From Bryobacteraceae bacterium (GTDB taxonomy: Bacteria; Acidobacteriota; Terriglobia; Bryobacterales; Bryobacteraceae), in assembly GCA_025062235.1 (NCBI GenBank), contig JANXAE010000001.1:493-64492 (forward strand): a DNA stretch of 64,000 nt, read 5' to 3'. The first letter of the stretch is position 1, and each line of letters opens with the position of its first letter. A program made the position numbers and the translations under genes. Positions 36,025-48,909 of the stretch are shown here, one piece after another. The notes under the pieces are model-generated. The model had not been told where the DNA came from. It ran no database searches and saw only the letters and a list, made by a program, of their open reading frames with translations.

Positions 36025-36396
36025 AGTGTACTACGCAGCCGCCCCGGATGAGTTGCTTGCGTCGCCGAGTCGCGTGGCGGTCGCCGAGCGGGCGCGAGCG
36101 CCGGCTGCCCGCGCCACGCCCGGCCGGGACCGGTGCCGCCCCCGTCGCCGTTTCCGAAAGCATGCGAAGGAGCGGAAGGTCCGAGCGGGTGCGCCCGCCT
36201 GTGGCGCCGCGAAACATCCCGTAAAAAGCCGGTTGCGGGCGCGGGCCTGCGTCTTCGTTCGCCACCCAGTCATCGGATCCTCGGCTGCGCACGGACGGGC
36301 CGCCTCCCACCGGCGCGGCAGGGGCTCGGCCCGTGCCGGAAAGAGGCCTCGCCCAGACGGCGGGGACGGGCACCCGGTGCCGAAGTCCGGCGCGGG

Positions 36397-37839
<1,443 letters not shown>

Positions 37840-37842
37840 GAG

Positions 37843-38904
37843 TCAGACCTTTCCCCGGCGCCGCCTGCCTTCGGCAGCGAGCTCGAGGGCCAGCCGCGCG
37901 ACGGCTTCCGGGTCATGCCGAACCTTTTCGCCTTCCTGCAACAATTCCCTGGCGATCACCTTCACACCGAGCCGCTCGAGCCGTTCCATGTCCACTTCCA
38001 CTGGCTGCGCGCGGCGCCGCGCATAGCGCGCGCGCAACTGGGGGCTCACCGGGCGGGTATTGACGATCACATAGTCCAGCCAGCCTTGGCCCGCATGCCG
38101 GAAGAGGGCCTCGACGTGGTCGGCGGCGGTGAAATGCATGGTTTCGCCGGGCTGCCACATGAGGTTGACGAAGTAAGCCTTCACGGCGGGCGAGCGGCGC
38201 AAGGCCTCCGGTATGCCTTCCACCAGCAGATTGGGGACGACGCTGGTGAACAGCGAGCCAGGCCCCAGGGTGACCAAGTCGGCTTGGGCGATGGCCTCCA
38301 GGGTCTCGGGCAGGGGCCTCGCCCTGGGCGGCCGCAGGCGAACGCGCCGGATGCGGGAGCGGCTACGGCTGATGCGGGTTTCGCCTTGCACCTTGGTTCC
38401 GTCAGCCAGCACGGCTTCCAGCGTCACGTTGTCCGCGGTCGAGGGAAAGATGCGCCCGGCAATGGCCAACACGTCCGAGGAGACTCGTACGGCCTGTGGG
38501 AAGTCGCCCGTGACGTGGGTGAGCGCAGTGAGGAAGAGATTGCCGAAGCTGTGCCCTTTCAGGCCGCGGCCGCGCGTGAAGCGGTACTGGAAGAGACGCG
38601 ACAGCAGGGCCTCGTCCTCCGACAGGGCGACCATGCAGTTGCGGATGTCGCCCGGCGGCAACACTGCGAACTCGCGCCGCAGCCGGCCCGAGCTGCCGCC
38701 ATCGTCCGTGACGGTGACGACAGCTGTCAGCTCCGCGGCCGGCTCGCGGCAAACAGCCGTGCGCTCGCTGCCGGGACGTGGCGGCACGTACCGCTTCAGA
38801 CCGTGCAGCAGGGCGCTCAAGCCGGTGCCGCCGCCGATGGAGACGATGCGCAGCACCTCGGCCGGGGCGCTGTTCGCCTGCTCGGCGGGACCGCACAGCT
38901 CCAT
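37843..38904 (-). CDS. yvcK: YvcK/CofD-family gluconeogenesis factor
   Basis: IVSIGGGTGLSALLHGLK, VTVTDDGGSSGRLR and LGPGSLFTS. Confidence 0.88.
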   Translation of the reverse strand: MELCGPAEQANSAPAEVLRIVSIGGGTGLSALLHGLKRYVPPRPGSERTAVCREPAAELTAVVTVTDDGGSSGRLRREFAVLPPGDIRNCMVALSEDEALLSRLFQYRFTRGRGLKGHSFGNLFLTALTHVTGDFPQAVRVSSDVLAIAGRIFPSTADNVTLEAVLADGTKVQGETRISRSRSRIRRVRLRPPRARPLPETLEAIAQADLVTLGPGSLFTSVVPNLLVEGIPEALRRSPAVKAYFVNLMWQPGETMHFTAADHVEALFRHAGQGWLDYVIVNTRPVSPQLRARYARRRAQPVEVDMERLERLGVKVIARELLQEGEKVRHDPEAVARLALELAAEGRRRRGKV

Positions 38905-38926
38905 GAGGGCCTCCGAGCCGGCGTGG

Positions 38927-39520
38927 TCACTCGCCGGGATTCCTCTCCGGCTTCAGCAGGTCTGCCAGTGGCCGCTGTGAAGCGAAGGGGGCGAAATCGG
39001 GGTCGTTTCGGGCGGTGATCCGGTTGTTGGGATCGAGCTCGATCGCCCGCTGCATGGATTGGAAGGCGCCGGCCATATCGCCGCGCCAGCACAGGCACAG
39101 CGCGAGAGCGTAATAGAGGTGGCCGCCTTTGGGCTGCTCCTCGAGGGCCTTGCGGAGAAGCTCTTCGGCCTCCTCCCAGCGCCGCTCGTTCAACAGCAGG
39201 ACAGCGTAGTTATAGCGATCCTCAGCCGTTCGCAGTTCGGGCCGCTGGCTGCCGAGGCGCAGCTCGCACATGCGCACGCGCTGGCGGGCTGCGTGGGCCA
39301 TCTCGGCGACGGGGCCGTCGGCGGCCCGCGCGAAGCGGGTCTTGGCTTCCAGGAATTGCCGGGCCTGGAACAGGCGCACTCCCTCTTCGAACAAGCGGGC
39401 CTGCTCGGCTGCGTCGGGAGCGGAGACTGGCCGTCCATCGCCGGGTCGCGCCGCTGGCCGTGCGACCGCCCCGGCTTGCTCGGCTGCTTTGCTACGCTCG
39501 CTGGATCTTTCGGCAGGCAT
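38927..39520 (-). CDS. TPR-repeat protein (hypothetical)
   Basis: ATG at 39520. Helical repeats such as YNYAVLLLNERRWEEAEELLRKALE and YYALALCLCWRGDMAGAFQSMQRAIELDPNN. Confidence 0.6.
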   Translation of the reverse strand: MPAERSSERSKAAEQAGAVARPAARPGDGRPVSAPDAAEQARLFEEGVRLFQARQFLEAKTRFARAADGPVAEMAHAARQRVRMCELRLGSQRPELRTAEDRYNYAVLLLNERRWEEAEELLRKALEEQPKGGHLYYALALCLCWRGDMAGAFQSMQRAIELDPNNRITARNDPDFAPFASQRPLADLLKPERNPGE

Positions 39521-39702
39521 CGGAGGAACCCTTCGAAGCGTGCGCGCGCTAACCCCGCGTCGGGACGTTGGACCGCTGGGGCTTGCCGGCCGCGGCCCCG
39601 AGTATCCCTTGTAGCAAAGTCCGTCGCTGGCCCTCAACAGGGCCGCGACGGCAATTCGCGCTTGCCGCGCCGCGGCAAGGGCTCGCCTGCCTCGGGCAGC
39701 AA

Positions 39703-40071
39703 TCAGAGAACTTTGGCCAATTGCTGGGCAAAGGCGCTCTGCGGCTCCTCGGATTTCCGCTTCGAGCGGTTGGCCTGCTGCTGCCGCGTTTTCGCCTCCT
39801 GTTTGGCCTGCCCTTTGGACTTGGGCGGCTGGGCAGGGTTGGCTCGCAGCAAGCGGCCCTCCAATGGCGCGCGATCGAAGCGGCGGATGATGGCCTCCAT
39901 TTCCTCCCGGTTGGGAGCCTCGATGAAGGCAAAGCCCTTCGATTCCTGGGTCTCGTGGTTCCGAATCACCTTGATCGAATCGGCGACCAGGCCTTCGGCG
40001 GTGAGCCAGCTTTGGATGTCCTCTGCGGTCACCCAAGTCGGAAGGTTGCCGAGAAAGACAGTGAATCCCAT
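39703..40071 (-). CDS. RRM-type RNA-binding protein
   Basis: RNP2-like VFLGNL and RNP1-like KGFAFIE; basic C-terminal tail. Confidence 0.85.
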   Translation of the reverse strand: MGFTVFLGNLPTWVTAEDIQSWLTAEGLVADSIKVIRNHETQESKGFAFIEAPNREEMEAIIRRFDRAPLEGRLLRANPAQPPKSKGQAKQEAKTRQQQANRSKRKSEEPQSAFAQQLAKVL

Positions 40072-40229
40072 TAGACGGTGTCGTTCACTCCGATCGTTGA
40101 AATGGTGGAGAGCAAGCCGGACGCTTCCGTCCCCTGAGTGTAGCAAAGCCAGCGAGGAGCGGGCAAGGCCGTCGGGAATCGCCGCCTTGCAAACCCGGCC
40201 TGTGTTGAGGCAAGCTAAATACCTTTCCC

Positions 40230-41192
40230 ATGCGGGTGCGAATCCTCTATCACGATCATTGCTTCGACGGCGCGGCTGCGGCCGCCTACTTCAGTCGGTT
40301 CCTGGAAGAGCGATTCCACCCGGACGCCGAATTCCTGTTCACAGGCCTGGCGCACAAGGCCGACCAGATTTTCGAGGAGTGGATGTTCGATGGCGACGTC
40401 AACGCCATCGTGGACTTCAAGTACTCGCCCGATCCGCGGCTTACCTGGTGGTTCGACCACCACCAGAGCGCGTTTTTGACCCCGGAGGACGCCGAACAAT
40501 ACCGGCGCAACCCCAGCGAGCGCAAGCTGTACGATCCGGATGCCCCTTCCTGCACCGGGTTCATCGCGCGCGTGGCCAGGGAACGCTGGGGCTGGGAAGC
40601 GCCCGATCTGGCCGAGCTGGTGCGCTGGGCCGAAATCATTGACGGGGCGCAGTACCCGGATGCGCGCACCGCGGTCGAGATGCCGGCCGCAGCCATGAAG
40701 CTGACGCTGGTCATCGAAGGCGTCAAGGGTTCCGAAACGGTGCAGCAGATCATCCGCTGGATGCGGCGCCGGCCCCTGGACGAGATCATCGAAGAGCCGG
40801 GGATCCAGCGCCTCTTCGCGCCGCTTTTCGAACGCCACCTGAGCTCGATCGAGATCATTCGCAGCCGCGCGCGGTGCGCCGACGGTGTGGTGAGCTTCGA
40901 CCTGATCGGTTACGATCTGGAGGGCTACAACAAGTTCATTCCGTACTACCTGTTTCCCGAGGCCGTCTACAGCGTGTCCGTCAGCACCTCGAGTTTCCGC
41001 ACCAAGGTCTCGGTGGGCTCGAACCCCTGGGCGCCGCGCCCGCCCCGGCACAATCTGGCCAGCATCTGCGAGCGTTACGGCGGAGGCGGACACGCGCGCG
41101 TGGGCGCGATCAGCTTCCCTCTGGGCGAGTACGAGCAGGCCCGCAAGGTGGCCGAGGAGATCGCCGCGGAACTGCGGCGCGAGGCTCAGTAG
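40230..41192 (+). CDS. DHH/DHHA1-family phosphoesterase
   Basis: ILYHDHCFDGAAAA N-terminus and YGGGGHARVGA (DHHA1 GGGH motif). Confidence 0.75.
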   Translation: MRVRILYHDHCFDGAAAAAYFSRFLEERFHPDAEFLFTGLAHKADQIFEEWMFDGDVNAIVDFKYSPDPRLTWWFDHHQSAFLTPEDAEQYRRNPSERKLYDPDAPSCTGFIARVARERWGWEAPDLAELVRWAEIIDGAQYPDARTAVEMPAAAMKLTLVIEGVKGSETVQQIIRWMRRRPLDEIIEEPGIQRLFAPLFERHLSSIEIIRSRARCADGVVSFDLIGYDLEGYNKFIPYYLFPEAVYSVSVSTSSFRTKVSVGSNPWAPRPPRHNLASICERYGGGGHARVGAISFPLGEYEQARKVAEEIAAELRREAQ

Positions 41193-41827
41193 CCCAGTTG
41201 CCGCAGTTTGTCTTCGGTCAGGCCGGCTCCGCCGCGTCCCTGCCGCAAGAGGCTTTCCAGGTACTTGGCGAGGATGTCCGCCTCCAGGTTGACGCGCTCA
41301 CCCGGGCGGCGCGCGCGCAAGTTCGTGGAGCGCCACGTGTGGGGAACGATGGCTGCGGCGAAGATCGAGCCCTCCACGGCAGCGATCGTCAGGCTGATCC
41401 CGTCCACCGCGATCGAGCCTTTTTCCGCGATGTAACGCGCCAGACCGGGCGGGAAGCGCACGCGGAGCCACCAATGCCCGGCGGGGTGCGGTTCCAGGCT
41501 CACCAGCTCCCCGGTGGCGTCCACGTGACCCTGCACGATGTGGCCGCCGAAGCGTCCCGAGGCCGCCAGCGGTCTTTCCAGGTTGACCAGCGCGCCGGGT
41601 CGGAGCTCTCCCAGGTTCGAGCGGCGGAGGGTTTCCGCCGAGACGTCGGCGGCGAAGCCATTGGCGCCCAGCTCGACAGCCGTAAGGCAGACGCCGTTGA
41701 CTGCGATACTCGATCCCTCGCGCGCATCTTCCAGCACCCGGCTGCACCGCACGCGCAAACGGGCGCCCGAGGAGCGCAGCTCGAGCGACTCGACCTGGCC
41801 CGTTTCCTCGACGATTCCCGTGAACAC
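41186..41827 (-). CDS. ribE: riboflavin synthase
   Basis: MFTGIVEETG, duplicated lumazine-binding repeats (GSSIAVNGVCLT / GSIAVDGISLT). Confidence 0.93.
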   Translation of the reverse strand: MFTGIVEETGQVESLELRSSGARLRVRCSRVLEDAREGSSIAVNGVCLTAVELGANGFAADVSAETLRRSNLGELRPGALVNLERPLAASGRFGGHIVQGHVDATGELVSLEPHPAGHWWLRVRFPPGLARYIAEKGSIAVDGISLTIAAVEGSIFAAAIVPHTWRSTNLRARRPGERVNLEADILAKYLESLLRQGRGGAGLTEDKLRQLGY

Positions 41828-41852
41828 GGTCTTCGCTCTCCGATCAGCGCTT

Positions 41853-42968
41853 TCAATCCTTGATCACCCAGGCTTCGACCGCGAATTCCTCGGAGGTGAT
41901 CCGGTGCAGGGTCGTGCCGCGCAATCCGATGGCGTCGCGGCGCGTGCGGCGCCCGGGTCCGCCGGCCACGGGCAGCGCCTCCATGCCTCCCAGAATCTTG
42001 GGCGCGTAGTAAAAAAAGATCTTGTCCACGACGCCCGCCTCGAGCGCCGACCAGTTGACGCGGCTGCCGGCCTCGATCATGAGCGAGAGATAGCGGCGCT
42101 CGGCCAGCAAGCCGATCAGCGCCCGCAGGTCGGTGCGCCCTCCTGGCCCGTCCAGCGCGACGACTTCCGCCCCGCGCTCCTCGAGCTGTCGCTTGCGGGC
42201 CTCGGGGGCGGCGGTGGTGGTGACCACCAGCAGATCGGATCGCGCGCTTTGAACCATGCGCGATTCCAGCGGGATGCGGAGTTGCGAGTCGAGCACGATA
42301 CGCAGCAGCGGGCGACTGCGTTCCAGCCCGGTTCGATCCGTAAGCAAACAGTCGTCGGCCAGCACCGTGCCGATGCCGGTGAGGATGGCATCCGAGAGGT
42401 GGCGCAGCTGCTGCACGTGCGCCCGAGCCTGTTCGCTGGTGATCCAGCCGCGGTTGTCGTCCGGCGCGGAGATCTTGCCGTCGAGCGTGACGGCTGCCTT
42501 CAGGGTGACCAGCGGCTTGCCGGTGCGCATGAAATGGAAGAAGGGTTCGTTGAGCCGCTCGGCCTCGGCGCGATACTCCTCGGCCATCACGATTTCGACG
42601 CCGGCCTCGGCCAGCTTGCGCAGGCCGCATCCCCGCACGGCCGGATTGGGATCTTCCGTGGCAACGACCACGCGGCGCACCCCCGCCGCGAGGATGGCGT
42701 CCGCACAAGGTCCGGTGCGCCCCCGGTGGACGCATGGCTCGAGAGTGACGTAGAGGGTAGCGCCGCGGGCGCGTTCGCCCGCTTGCTCGAGCGCGAGAAT
42801 CTCGGCGTGTTTGACGCCCGCCCAGGTGTGGAAGCCACGTCCCACGATCTCCCCGTCCCGCACCAGGATCGCACCGACGGCAGGGTTGGGGCTCGTGCGG
42901 CCCAGCCCGAGACGCGCCAGCTCGAGCGCCTGGCGCATGTAGTCGGGCCGCTCGTGTTCCCCGCTCAT
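41853..42968 (-). CDS. ribD: bifunctional diaminohydroxyphosphoribosylaminopyrimidine deaminase / 5-amino-6-(5-phosphoribosylamino)uracil reductase
   Basis: HAEILAL plus [11 protein letters not shown] deaminase zinc motifs; a reductase half follows. Confidence 0.93.
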   Translation of the reverse strand: MSGEHERPDYMRQALELARLGLGRTSPNPAVGAILVRDGEIVGRGFHTWAGVKHAEILALEQAGERARGATLYVTLEPCVHRGRTGPCADAILAAGVRRVVVATEDPNPAVRGCGLRKLAEAGVEIVMAEEYRAEAERLNEPFFHFMRTGKPLVTLKAAVTLDGKISAPDDNRGWITSEQARAHVQQLRHLSDAILTGIGTVLADDCLLTDRTGLERSRPLLRIVLDSQLRIPLESRMVQSARSDLLVVTTTAAPEARKRQLEERGAEVVALDGPGGRTDLRALIGLLAERRYLSLMIEAGSRVNWSALEAGVVDKIFFYYAPKILGGMEALPVAGGPGRRTRRDAIGLRGTTLHRITSEEFAVEAWVIKD

Positions 42969-43915
42969 GCTTCCAGAAGGGATGCGACGAAGCTTTCAGC
43001 TTCGAAGGGAACCAGATCTTCCAGCTTCTCGCCTACGCCCAGATAGCGAATGGGCAGGCCGAGCTCGCGTGCGATGGGCACCACGACGCCCCCCTTGGCC
43101 GTGCCGTCCATCTTGGTGAGCACCAGACCCGTCACTGCCGCCGTGGCGGTGAAGCGTCGGGCCTGTTCGAGACCGTTCTGCCCCGTGGTGGCGTCCATGA
43201 CCAGCAACGTCTCGTGCGGCGCCCCGGAAACCAGACGGGCGGCCGTGCGGCGCATTTTCTCGAGTTCGGCCATCAGGTTGGACTTCGTGTGCAGGCGGCC
43301 GGCGGTATCCGCGATCAGATAGTCGGCGCCGCGTGCGCGTGCGGCCTGGATTGCGTCGAAGAGCACCGCGCTGGGATCGGCGCCCTGTTTCTGGCGGATC
43401 ACGTCACAACCCGCGCGCTGCGCCCAGATCTCGAGCTGTTCGATGGCTGCCGCGCGGAACGTATCGGCGGCACACAGCAGCACCGAGCGGCCCTCGCTGC
43501 GGAACAAGTGCGCCAGCTTGCCGATGGTGGTGGTCTTGCCCGTCCCGTTCACGCCTACTACGAGGATGACCGCCGGGGGCTCGGTGACGCGCGCCAGCGG
43601 GCGTTCCGTGGCGCGCAGGACCTCGATCAGATGCTGGCGGATGAGCTGGCGCAGCTCGCCCGCATCGGCAAGCAGGCGACGATCCACCTGCTGCCGGATG
43701 CGCTCGAGGATCTCCGTGGTCGTGCGCACGCCGATGTCGGCGGCCAGCAACGTTGCCTCGAGTTCCTCCAGCAGGGCAGCGTCAATTTCCTTGCGGCCCG
43801 CCAGCGCGTCCTCGAGCCGCGCCACCAGCCCTGCGCGCGTCTTCTGGATGCCGCTCTTGAGGCGCTCGAGCAGGCTGGGCTGCGACTGGACCGAGCCGAA
43901 CAGGGTCTGGATCAT
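42965..43915 (-). CDS. ftsY: signal recognition particle receptor FtsY (short form, NG domain only)
   Basis: [21 protein letters not shown] and [10 protein letters not shown]. Its stop overlaps the ribD start by 4 nt. Confidence 0.93.
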   Translation of the reverse strand: MIQTLFGSVQSQPSLLERLKSGIQKTRAGLVARLEDALAGRKEIDAALLEELEATLLAADIGVRTTTEILERIRQQVDRRLLADAGELRQLIRQHLIEVLRATERPLARVTEPPAVILVVGVNGTGKTTTIGKLAHLFRSEGRSVLLCAADTFRAAAIEQLEIWAQRAGCDVIRQKQGADPSAVLFDAIQAARARGADYLIADTAGRLHTKSNLMAELEKMRRTAARLVSGAPHETLLVMDATTGQNGLEQARRFTATAAVTGLVLTKMDGTAKGGVVVPIARELGLPIRYLGVGEKLEDLVPFEAESFVASLLEA

Positions 43916-43977
43916 GACAGGTTTGGTCTTATTGTAACTGTCCGGCAGGGCGGGCCAGCGCCCGAGGTCGGCCCGGC

Positions 43978-45441
43978 TCAGCCCGCCTGAGGGAAGCAGC
44001 CGCCATTGACGCGGCCCGCCGCGGCGATCATGACGGCCGGCTGGGCATCGCGGCCGTTGACCGGCGGAGCCAATCCGAGGAGGGCGAGCAGGGGACGCAG
44101 GCCCATCTCGCGACCGGCGGCGATGGCTCCGCAGGGTAGCAGTGCCAGCAGCGCTCCCAGGATGGCCAGCAACGGCCGGTTCGGTCGAGCGGGCTTGCCC
44201 TGGGGCAAGGCCTGTTCGAGGACGACGAGACGCACGCTAGCTGATGCGCGCCGGTCCGCTACGGGCCGGGATGCTTGCGCGCGATATGCGGCCTCCGCGA
44301 TTTCGCATTCGCGCTTCAGCGCCTGATGCTGCCGCCGTAGGTCACCGGCCGCGGTCAGCGCTTCCTGCTGGGAGGCGACCTCCGCGCGCAGGCGGAGGCT
44401 TTCCTGTTCGAGTTCCCAGGCGCGTCGGCGGGCCTGATCGAGCTCCGCGCGAAGGTGCTGGCGCAGGGATTCCTCCGGCGGAGCATCGGCTCCGCCCGTC
44501 CGGTCCGGCACACGCACCTCCGGGCCGGAGAGCGCCTGTGCGCGTGCCAGCTCGTCCAACGCCCGGCGGACATCGGGATGGGCGTCCTTGTAGCGGGCGC
44601 GCAGCAGGGCGAGCCGCTCGCGGAGCTGGCGGAGGCTCGGTGGTTCGGCGGCTGGGGACTCGCGAGAGGTGTTGCTCCGAGCGAAGGCGCTCGCGGGAGC
44701 AGGCGCCTGAGAGAGGACTTGCTCGAGCCGCGCGGCCTCGCTGTGCGCGCGCCGTAGGGCTTGTGCGTTCGCGGCCAGCTCAGCCCGCAGCGCGGCCAGT
44801 CGCAGCAATGCGTCTTTCTCACGATCCTCGGGGCCGGCCCCGTGTTCCCGCTCGAAGGCGGCGAGGGCGGCATGGCACTCGCTCAGGCGGGCCCAGGCGG
44901 CGTTGAGATCGCCGTGCTGGTTCGCAGCGGGAGCCGCCTGTCCGAGACGTTCGAATTCGCCGGCCAGCTCGGCCGCCACACGATTCGTCACGGCTGCGCC
45001 CCGGGCCGGATCCGAGGCTTCGAAAGCCACGCGGACGGCGACGAGCGGCCCCCGTGAGTCGGGCACGGTCAGGACCGTGAAGCGCCCACGCAGGGCTTCG
45101 GTTTCGCGCTGGGCGTCGGCCGGCTTCCACTTGGCGACCAGCTCCGGCCAGGTTTGTCGCAGCAAATCCAACAGACGCTCGCGTTGGAACACCCGCAGCC
45201 GCGCCAATTGCAACTGCGCCCGCAGCTCGGCGTCCGAGGGAACCCCCGTGCCGCGCCCGGGCGGGCGGGCCGGGTCAATGGCCAAAACGGCTTCCGTCTT
45301 GTAGCGCCGTGGCAGCGACCAGACTGCGGCCAGCACGGCGGCTGTCGCCAGCAGCCAGAGCACAGCCCAGCAGACCCTCTGCTTCCACAGGGCCCGCGCC
45401 AGGGCTTGCGGGGTGATTCCCGCGGCTTCGAAGGGAGGCAT
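43978..45441 (-). CDS. GumC/Wzz-like polysaccharide chain-length determinant protein (no kinase domain)
   Basis: N-terminal TM followed by [13 protein letters not shown], a long Ala/Arg/Glu-rich coiled-coil and a C-terminal TM ([18 protein letters not shown]). Confidence 0.5.
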   Translation of the reverse strand: MPPFEAAGITPQALARALWKQRVCWAVLWLLATAAVLAAVWSLPRRYKTEAVLAIDPARPPGRGTGVPSDAELRAQLQLARLRVFQRERLLDLLRQTWPELVAKWKPADAQRETEALRGRFTVLTVPDSRGPLVAVRVAFEASDPARGAAVTNRVAAELAGEFERLGQAAPAANQHGDLNAAWARLSECHAALAAFEREHGAGPEDREKDALLRLAALRAELAANAQALRRAHSEAARLEQVLSQAPAPASAFARSNTSRESPAAEPPSLRQLRERLALLRARYKDAHPDVRRALDELARAQALSGPEVRVPDRTGGADAPPEESLRQHLRAELDQARRRAWELEQESLRLRAEVASQQEALTAAGDLRRQHQALKRECEIAEAAYRAQASRPVADRRASASVRLVVLEQALPQGKPARPNRPLLAILGALLALLPCGAIAAGREMGLRPLLALLGLAPPVNGRDAQPAVMIAAAGRVNGGCFPQAG

Positions 45442-45621
45442 GGCAGGGACCTGGAGCGCGAATGCGCACGAGTGCCTCCGGACGCACGCCGGTGCGACCG
45501 GCGGGAGAACGGCCGCTGGAACCCGGTCTCGCCACGGTACTGGCCCGGTTCAACATTGTCGTGGCCGCGGCTGCTCCGAACTCTCACCCTTCTTTTCGCC
45601 GTCAGGTGTAGACTAGCCGCC

Positions 45622-47583
45622 ATGAGCGAAACCACACGGCGCACCTTCCTGGAATCCGCCGGCGCGCTGGCGGCTTCGGCTCGCACTCCCCAAGGCGCTG
45701 CTCGGGAGCCGAGCAGGGCCGCAGGCTGGCGAAGGACCGGCTTCGCGCCGCACGGCCGGCCGCGCAAGCTGAGCGACAACCTCTATCTTTTCGAAGACAC
45801 CTGCAACGTCTACGTGGTGCGTGACGGCAGCGCCTGCGTGCTGGTGGACTTCGGCTCGGGCAAGATTCTGGATTACCTCGGGGAGCTCGGCGTCCGCCGG
45901 GTGGACTGGATCCTGCACACGCACCACCACCGCGACCAGTGCCAGGGCGACTGGAGGGCGATCGAGCGCGGGATTCCCATCGCCGTGCCGCGTCACGAAC
46001 GGCACCTGTTCGACGACGCGCGCAACTTCTGGCGCAACCGCCGCGTCTTCCACCTCTACTACGTCCGCAACGACTTCAACACCACGACCGAGAACATCCC
46101 GGTGGCGCGGGCTTTGGAGGACTACACCACCTTCCGCTGGAACAAGACCGACTTTTTCGTTCTGCCCTCGCCGGGTCACACCCTCGGCTCCATTACCTTG
46201 CTGGCGGAGGTGGACGGCCGCAAGGTAGCCTTCTCGGGCGACCTGATGTACGGGCCGGGCAAGATCGTGAATCTCTACGACACGCAGGTCAACTACGGGG
46301 GCAGCGAGGGGATTGACCTCAGCATTTACTCGCTCACGCAACTGCGCGAGCACCGGCCGGAATGGCTGTGTCCCTCGCACGGCCGGCCGCTGCGCGACCC
46401 CGACCAGGCCATCCGTCTGACCATCGAGCGGCTGAGCGAATACTACCGCTTCCAGGTGGGCGAGCCGACGATCGCGAACGAGCCGATCCGGGTGAGCCCT
46501 CACCTGATCGCGTTCCATCAGACGACATCGAGCTTCTATGCCATCCTCTCCGACAGTGGCAAGGCGCTGTTCGTGGATTACGGCGCGCCCTCGGGCGTCC
46601 ATTTTTCGAACTTCGAGCGCGCCACTGCGGTCACCGATCGGATCCGCTTTGTCGAGCACAACCTGGATCTGCTCAGGCGCCGCTTCGGCATGAAAAGCGT
46701 GGACGTGGCCATGCCGAGCCACATGCACGACGACCACATCGCCGGCTTCCCGTACCTGATCCGCCACTGCGGGACGCAAATCTGGTGCTACGAGAACATG
46801 GTGGACGTCTTGCAGAACCCGCGGGGCTACAACCTGGGCTGCATCCTGGGCGAGCCGGTCAAAGTGGTCCGCACCTTTCGCAACGGCGAGAGGTTCCGCT
46901 GGGAGGGCTTCGAGTTCGAGGTGACGTACAACCCGGGCCACACCGAGTACCAGATGGCGCTGTATGTCGAACTGGATGGCGAGCGGGTGGCGTTCACCGG
47001 GGACGCCTTCTTCCTGCCCAATCCCCGCAACGACGGTACGCTGCGCCACAACCTGATCTTCCGCAACTGGGTGGAGAGCGACAGCCACCTCAAGAGCATC
47101 CGGAATCTGATCGCGCATCAGCCAACGCTGATCTGCCCGGGGCACGGCCGGCCTTACCCGGTGGACCGGGCGCTGCTCGAGGCCACCGAAAAGAAGCTGC
47201 TGCGCCAGCAGCGACTCTTCGAGGAATTGTTGCCCGAGGGCGAGACCAATTTCGGCCTGAACCCGAGCTGGGTGAGCATTTATCCCTACCAGATCCTGGC
47301 TGCGCCCGGAGAGCGTCTGACGCTGCGGCTGCGCGTGGCCAACTACCAGCCACGAGCCGTGAAGATGGAAATCGCGCTGGTCGTACCGGCCGAGTGGACG
47401 ATGGCCCCCGAGGTGCTCCGCTTCGAGGCGACGCCGGGCACGCTTACGGAACGAAAGGTCACGGTCGCGATCCCCAAGGATTGGCGGGCGCCCGCGCCGC
47501 GATTCGCGATCGCCGCCGACGTGGTGCGGGACGACAGATACCTCGGGCAGATCGCCGAAGCCATCGTCGAGATGCGGGCCTGA
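45622..47583 (+). CDS. Tat-exported protein with two metallo-beta-lactamase-fold domains and a C-terminal beta-sandwich
   Basis: RRTFLESAGALAASA leader. HTHHHRDQCQG and PSHMHDDHIAG are two HxHxDH motifs about 270 aa apart. Confidence 0.75.
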   Translation: MSETTRRTFLESAGALAASARTPQGAAREPSRAAGWRRTGFAPHGRPRKLSDNLYLFEDTCNVYVVRDGSACVLVDFGSGKILDYLGELGVRRVDWILHTHHHRDQCQGDWRAIERGIPIAVPRHERHLFDDARNFWRNRRVFHLYYVRNDFNTTTENIPVARALEDYTTFRWNKTDFFVLPSPGHTLGSITLLAEVDGRKVAFSGDLMYGPGKIVNLYDTQVNYGGSEGIDLSIYSLTQLREHRPEWLCPSHGRPLRDPDQAIRLTIERLSEYYRFQVGEPTIANEPIRVSPHLIAFHQTTSSFYAILSDSGKALFVDYGAPSGVHFSNFERATAVTDRIRFVEHNLDLLRRRFGMKSVDVAMPSHMHDDHIAGFPYLIRHCGTQIWCYENMVDVLQNPRGYNLGCILGEPVKVVRTFRNGERFRWEGFEFEVTYNPGHTEYQMALYVELDGERVAFTGDAFFLPNPRNDGTLRHNLIFRNWVESDSHLKSIRNLIAHQPTLICPGHGRPYPVDRALLEATEKKLLRQQRLFEELLPEGETNFGLNPSWVSIYPYQILAAPGERLTLRLRVANYQPRAVKMEIALVVPAEWTMAPEVLRFEATPGTLTERKVTVAIPKDWRAPAPRFAIAADVVRDDRYLGQIAEAIVEMRA

Positions 47584-47589
47584 GCACCC

Positions 47590-48909
47590 TCAGCGGATGC
47601 CGTACTCCTTCAGCCGGTACTGGAGGGTGCGCAGGCTGATGCCCAGTTCCTGCGCCGTACGGGTGCGGTTGCCAGCGTTGCGGCGCAAGGCTTCGAGTAT
47701 GGCTTCCTTTTCGATCTCCTTCCAGCGCACTGGGCGCTGTTTGCTTTCGGACCTGGGCAAGGGCAGATCGGCGGCGCGCACTCGCTGCTCGCAGAGGATG
47801 GCGACGCGCTCCATCATGTTCTCGAGCTCACGCACGTTTCCGGGCCAGGAGTAGGCGAGCAGGGCCCTGGCCGCATCCTCGTCCAACTCGAGCGGTTCCT
47901 TGCCCAACGAGCGCGCAGCGCGGGCGAGGAAGTGCCGCGCCAAAGGCAGGATGTCGGCCGGTCGCTGGCGCAGGGGAGGGATTTCGAGCGGGAAGGCGCT
48001 CAGTCGGTAGTAGAGGTCTTCGCGGAACTTGCCTTCCTCGACCAGCTTCTTCAGGTCGCGATTGGTGGCGGCGATGAGGCGCACATCCACCTGGATGGTG
48101 CGGTGGCCCCCCACCCGCTCGAAAGTCCGATCCTGGAGGACGCGCAGCAGCTTGGCCTGCGAGGCGGCGTCCAGCTCGGCGATCTCGTCCAGAAACAGCG
48201 TGCCGCCGTGGGCGCGCTCGAAGACCCCTTGGTGCTGGGAGACGGCGCCCGTGAAGGCGCCTTTCTCGTGACCGAACAGCGCGCTTTCGACGAGAGTGGG
48301 CGCGAGCGCTGCGCAGTTCAGGGCGAGAAACGTGGCATTGGCGCGGCGACTGTTGGCGTGGATGCAGCGGGCGATCACCTCCTTGCCGGTGCCACTTTCC
48401 CCGGTCAGCAGGACCGTGACGTTGGTCGGCGCCACCTTGCGCGCCAGCTCGACAACGCCGAGCATCACGGGGTCGTGGACGATCAGGGACGGGCAGGGGA
48501 AGCCAGAAGGCCCGGCGACCGGGCGGTCGGTGGCTTGGGGAGTGGGCGTGCCACCCAGGGTGCGGCGGACGATCTGACGCAGCTCTTCGGGGCTGCGCAG
48601 GGGCTTTTCGAGAAAATCCACGGCCCCCAGCTTCATGGCCTCCACAGCCGTGGGGACAGTGCCGTACGCGGTGATGACCACGAAGGGCGTCTCGGGCGAC
48701 AGCTCGCGGAAGCGGCGCAGGACTTGAAGGCCGTCGCCGTCGGGCAGGCGCAGGTCACAGAGCACCAGGTCGAAGCGCTGGAAACCGCAGGCGCGCATCG
48801 CTTCGCTGACCGTGGCGGCGCTCGCCACTTGGTGACCTTCCGCCGAGAGGATCGTTTCCAGCAGCCTGCGGAACCCGGGATCGTCGTCCACCACTAGGAT
48901 GCCGGCCAT
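47590..48909 (-). CDS. sigma-54-dependent response regulator (NtrC family)
   Basis: REC (ILVVDDD...DLRLPDGDG), AAA+ ([19 protein letters not shown]) and a C-terminal Fis-type HTH. Confidence 0.92.
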   Translation of the reverse strand: MAGILVVDDDPGFRRLLETILSAEGHQVASAATVSEAMRACGFQRFDLVLCDLRLPDGDGLQVLRRFRELSPETPFVVITAYGTVPTAVEAMKLGAVDFLEKPLRSPEELRQIVRRTLGGTPTPQATDRPVAGPSGFPCPSLIVHDPVMLGVVELARKVAPTNVTVLLTGESGTGKEVIARCIHANSRRANATFLALNCAALAPTLVESALFGHEKGAFTGAVSQHQGVFERAHGGTLFLDEIAELDAASQAKLLRVLQDRTFERVGGHRTIQVDVRLIAATNRDLKKLVEEGKFREDLYYRLSAFPLEIPPLRQRPADILPLARHFLARAARSLGKEPLELDEDAARALLAYSWPGNVRELENMMERVAILCEQRVRAADLPLPRSESKQRPVRWKEIEKEAILEALRRNAGNRTRTAQELGISLRTLQYRLKEYGIR

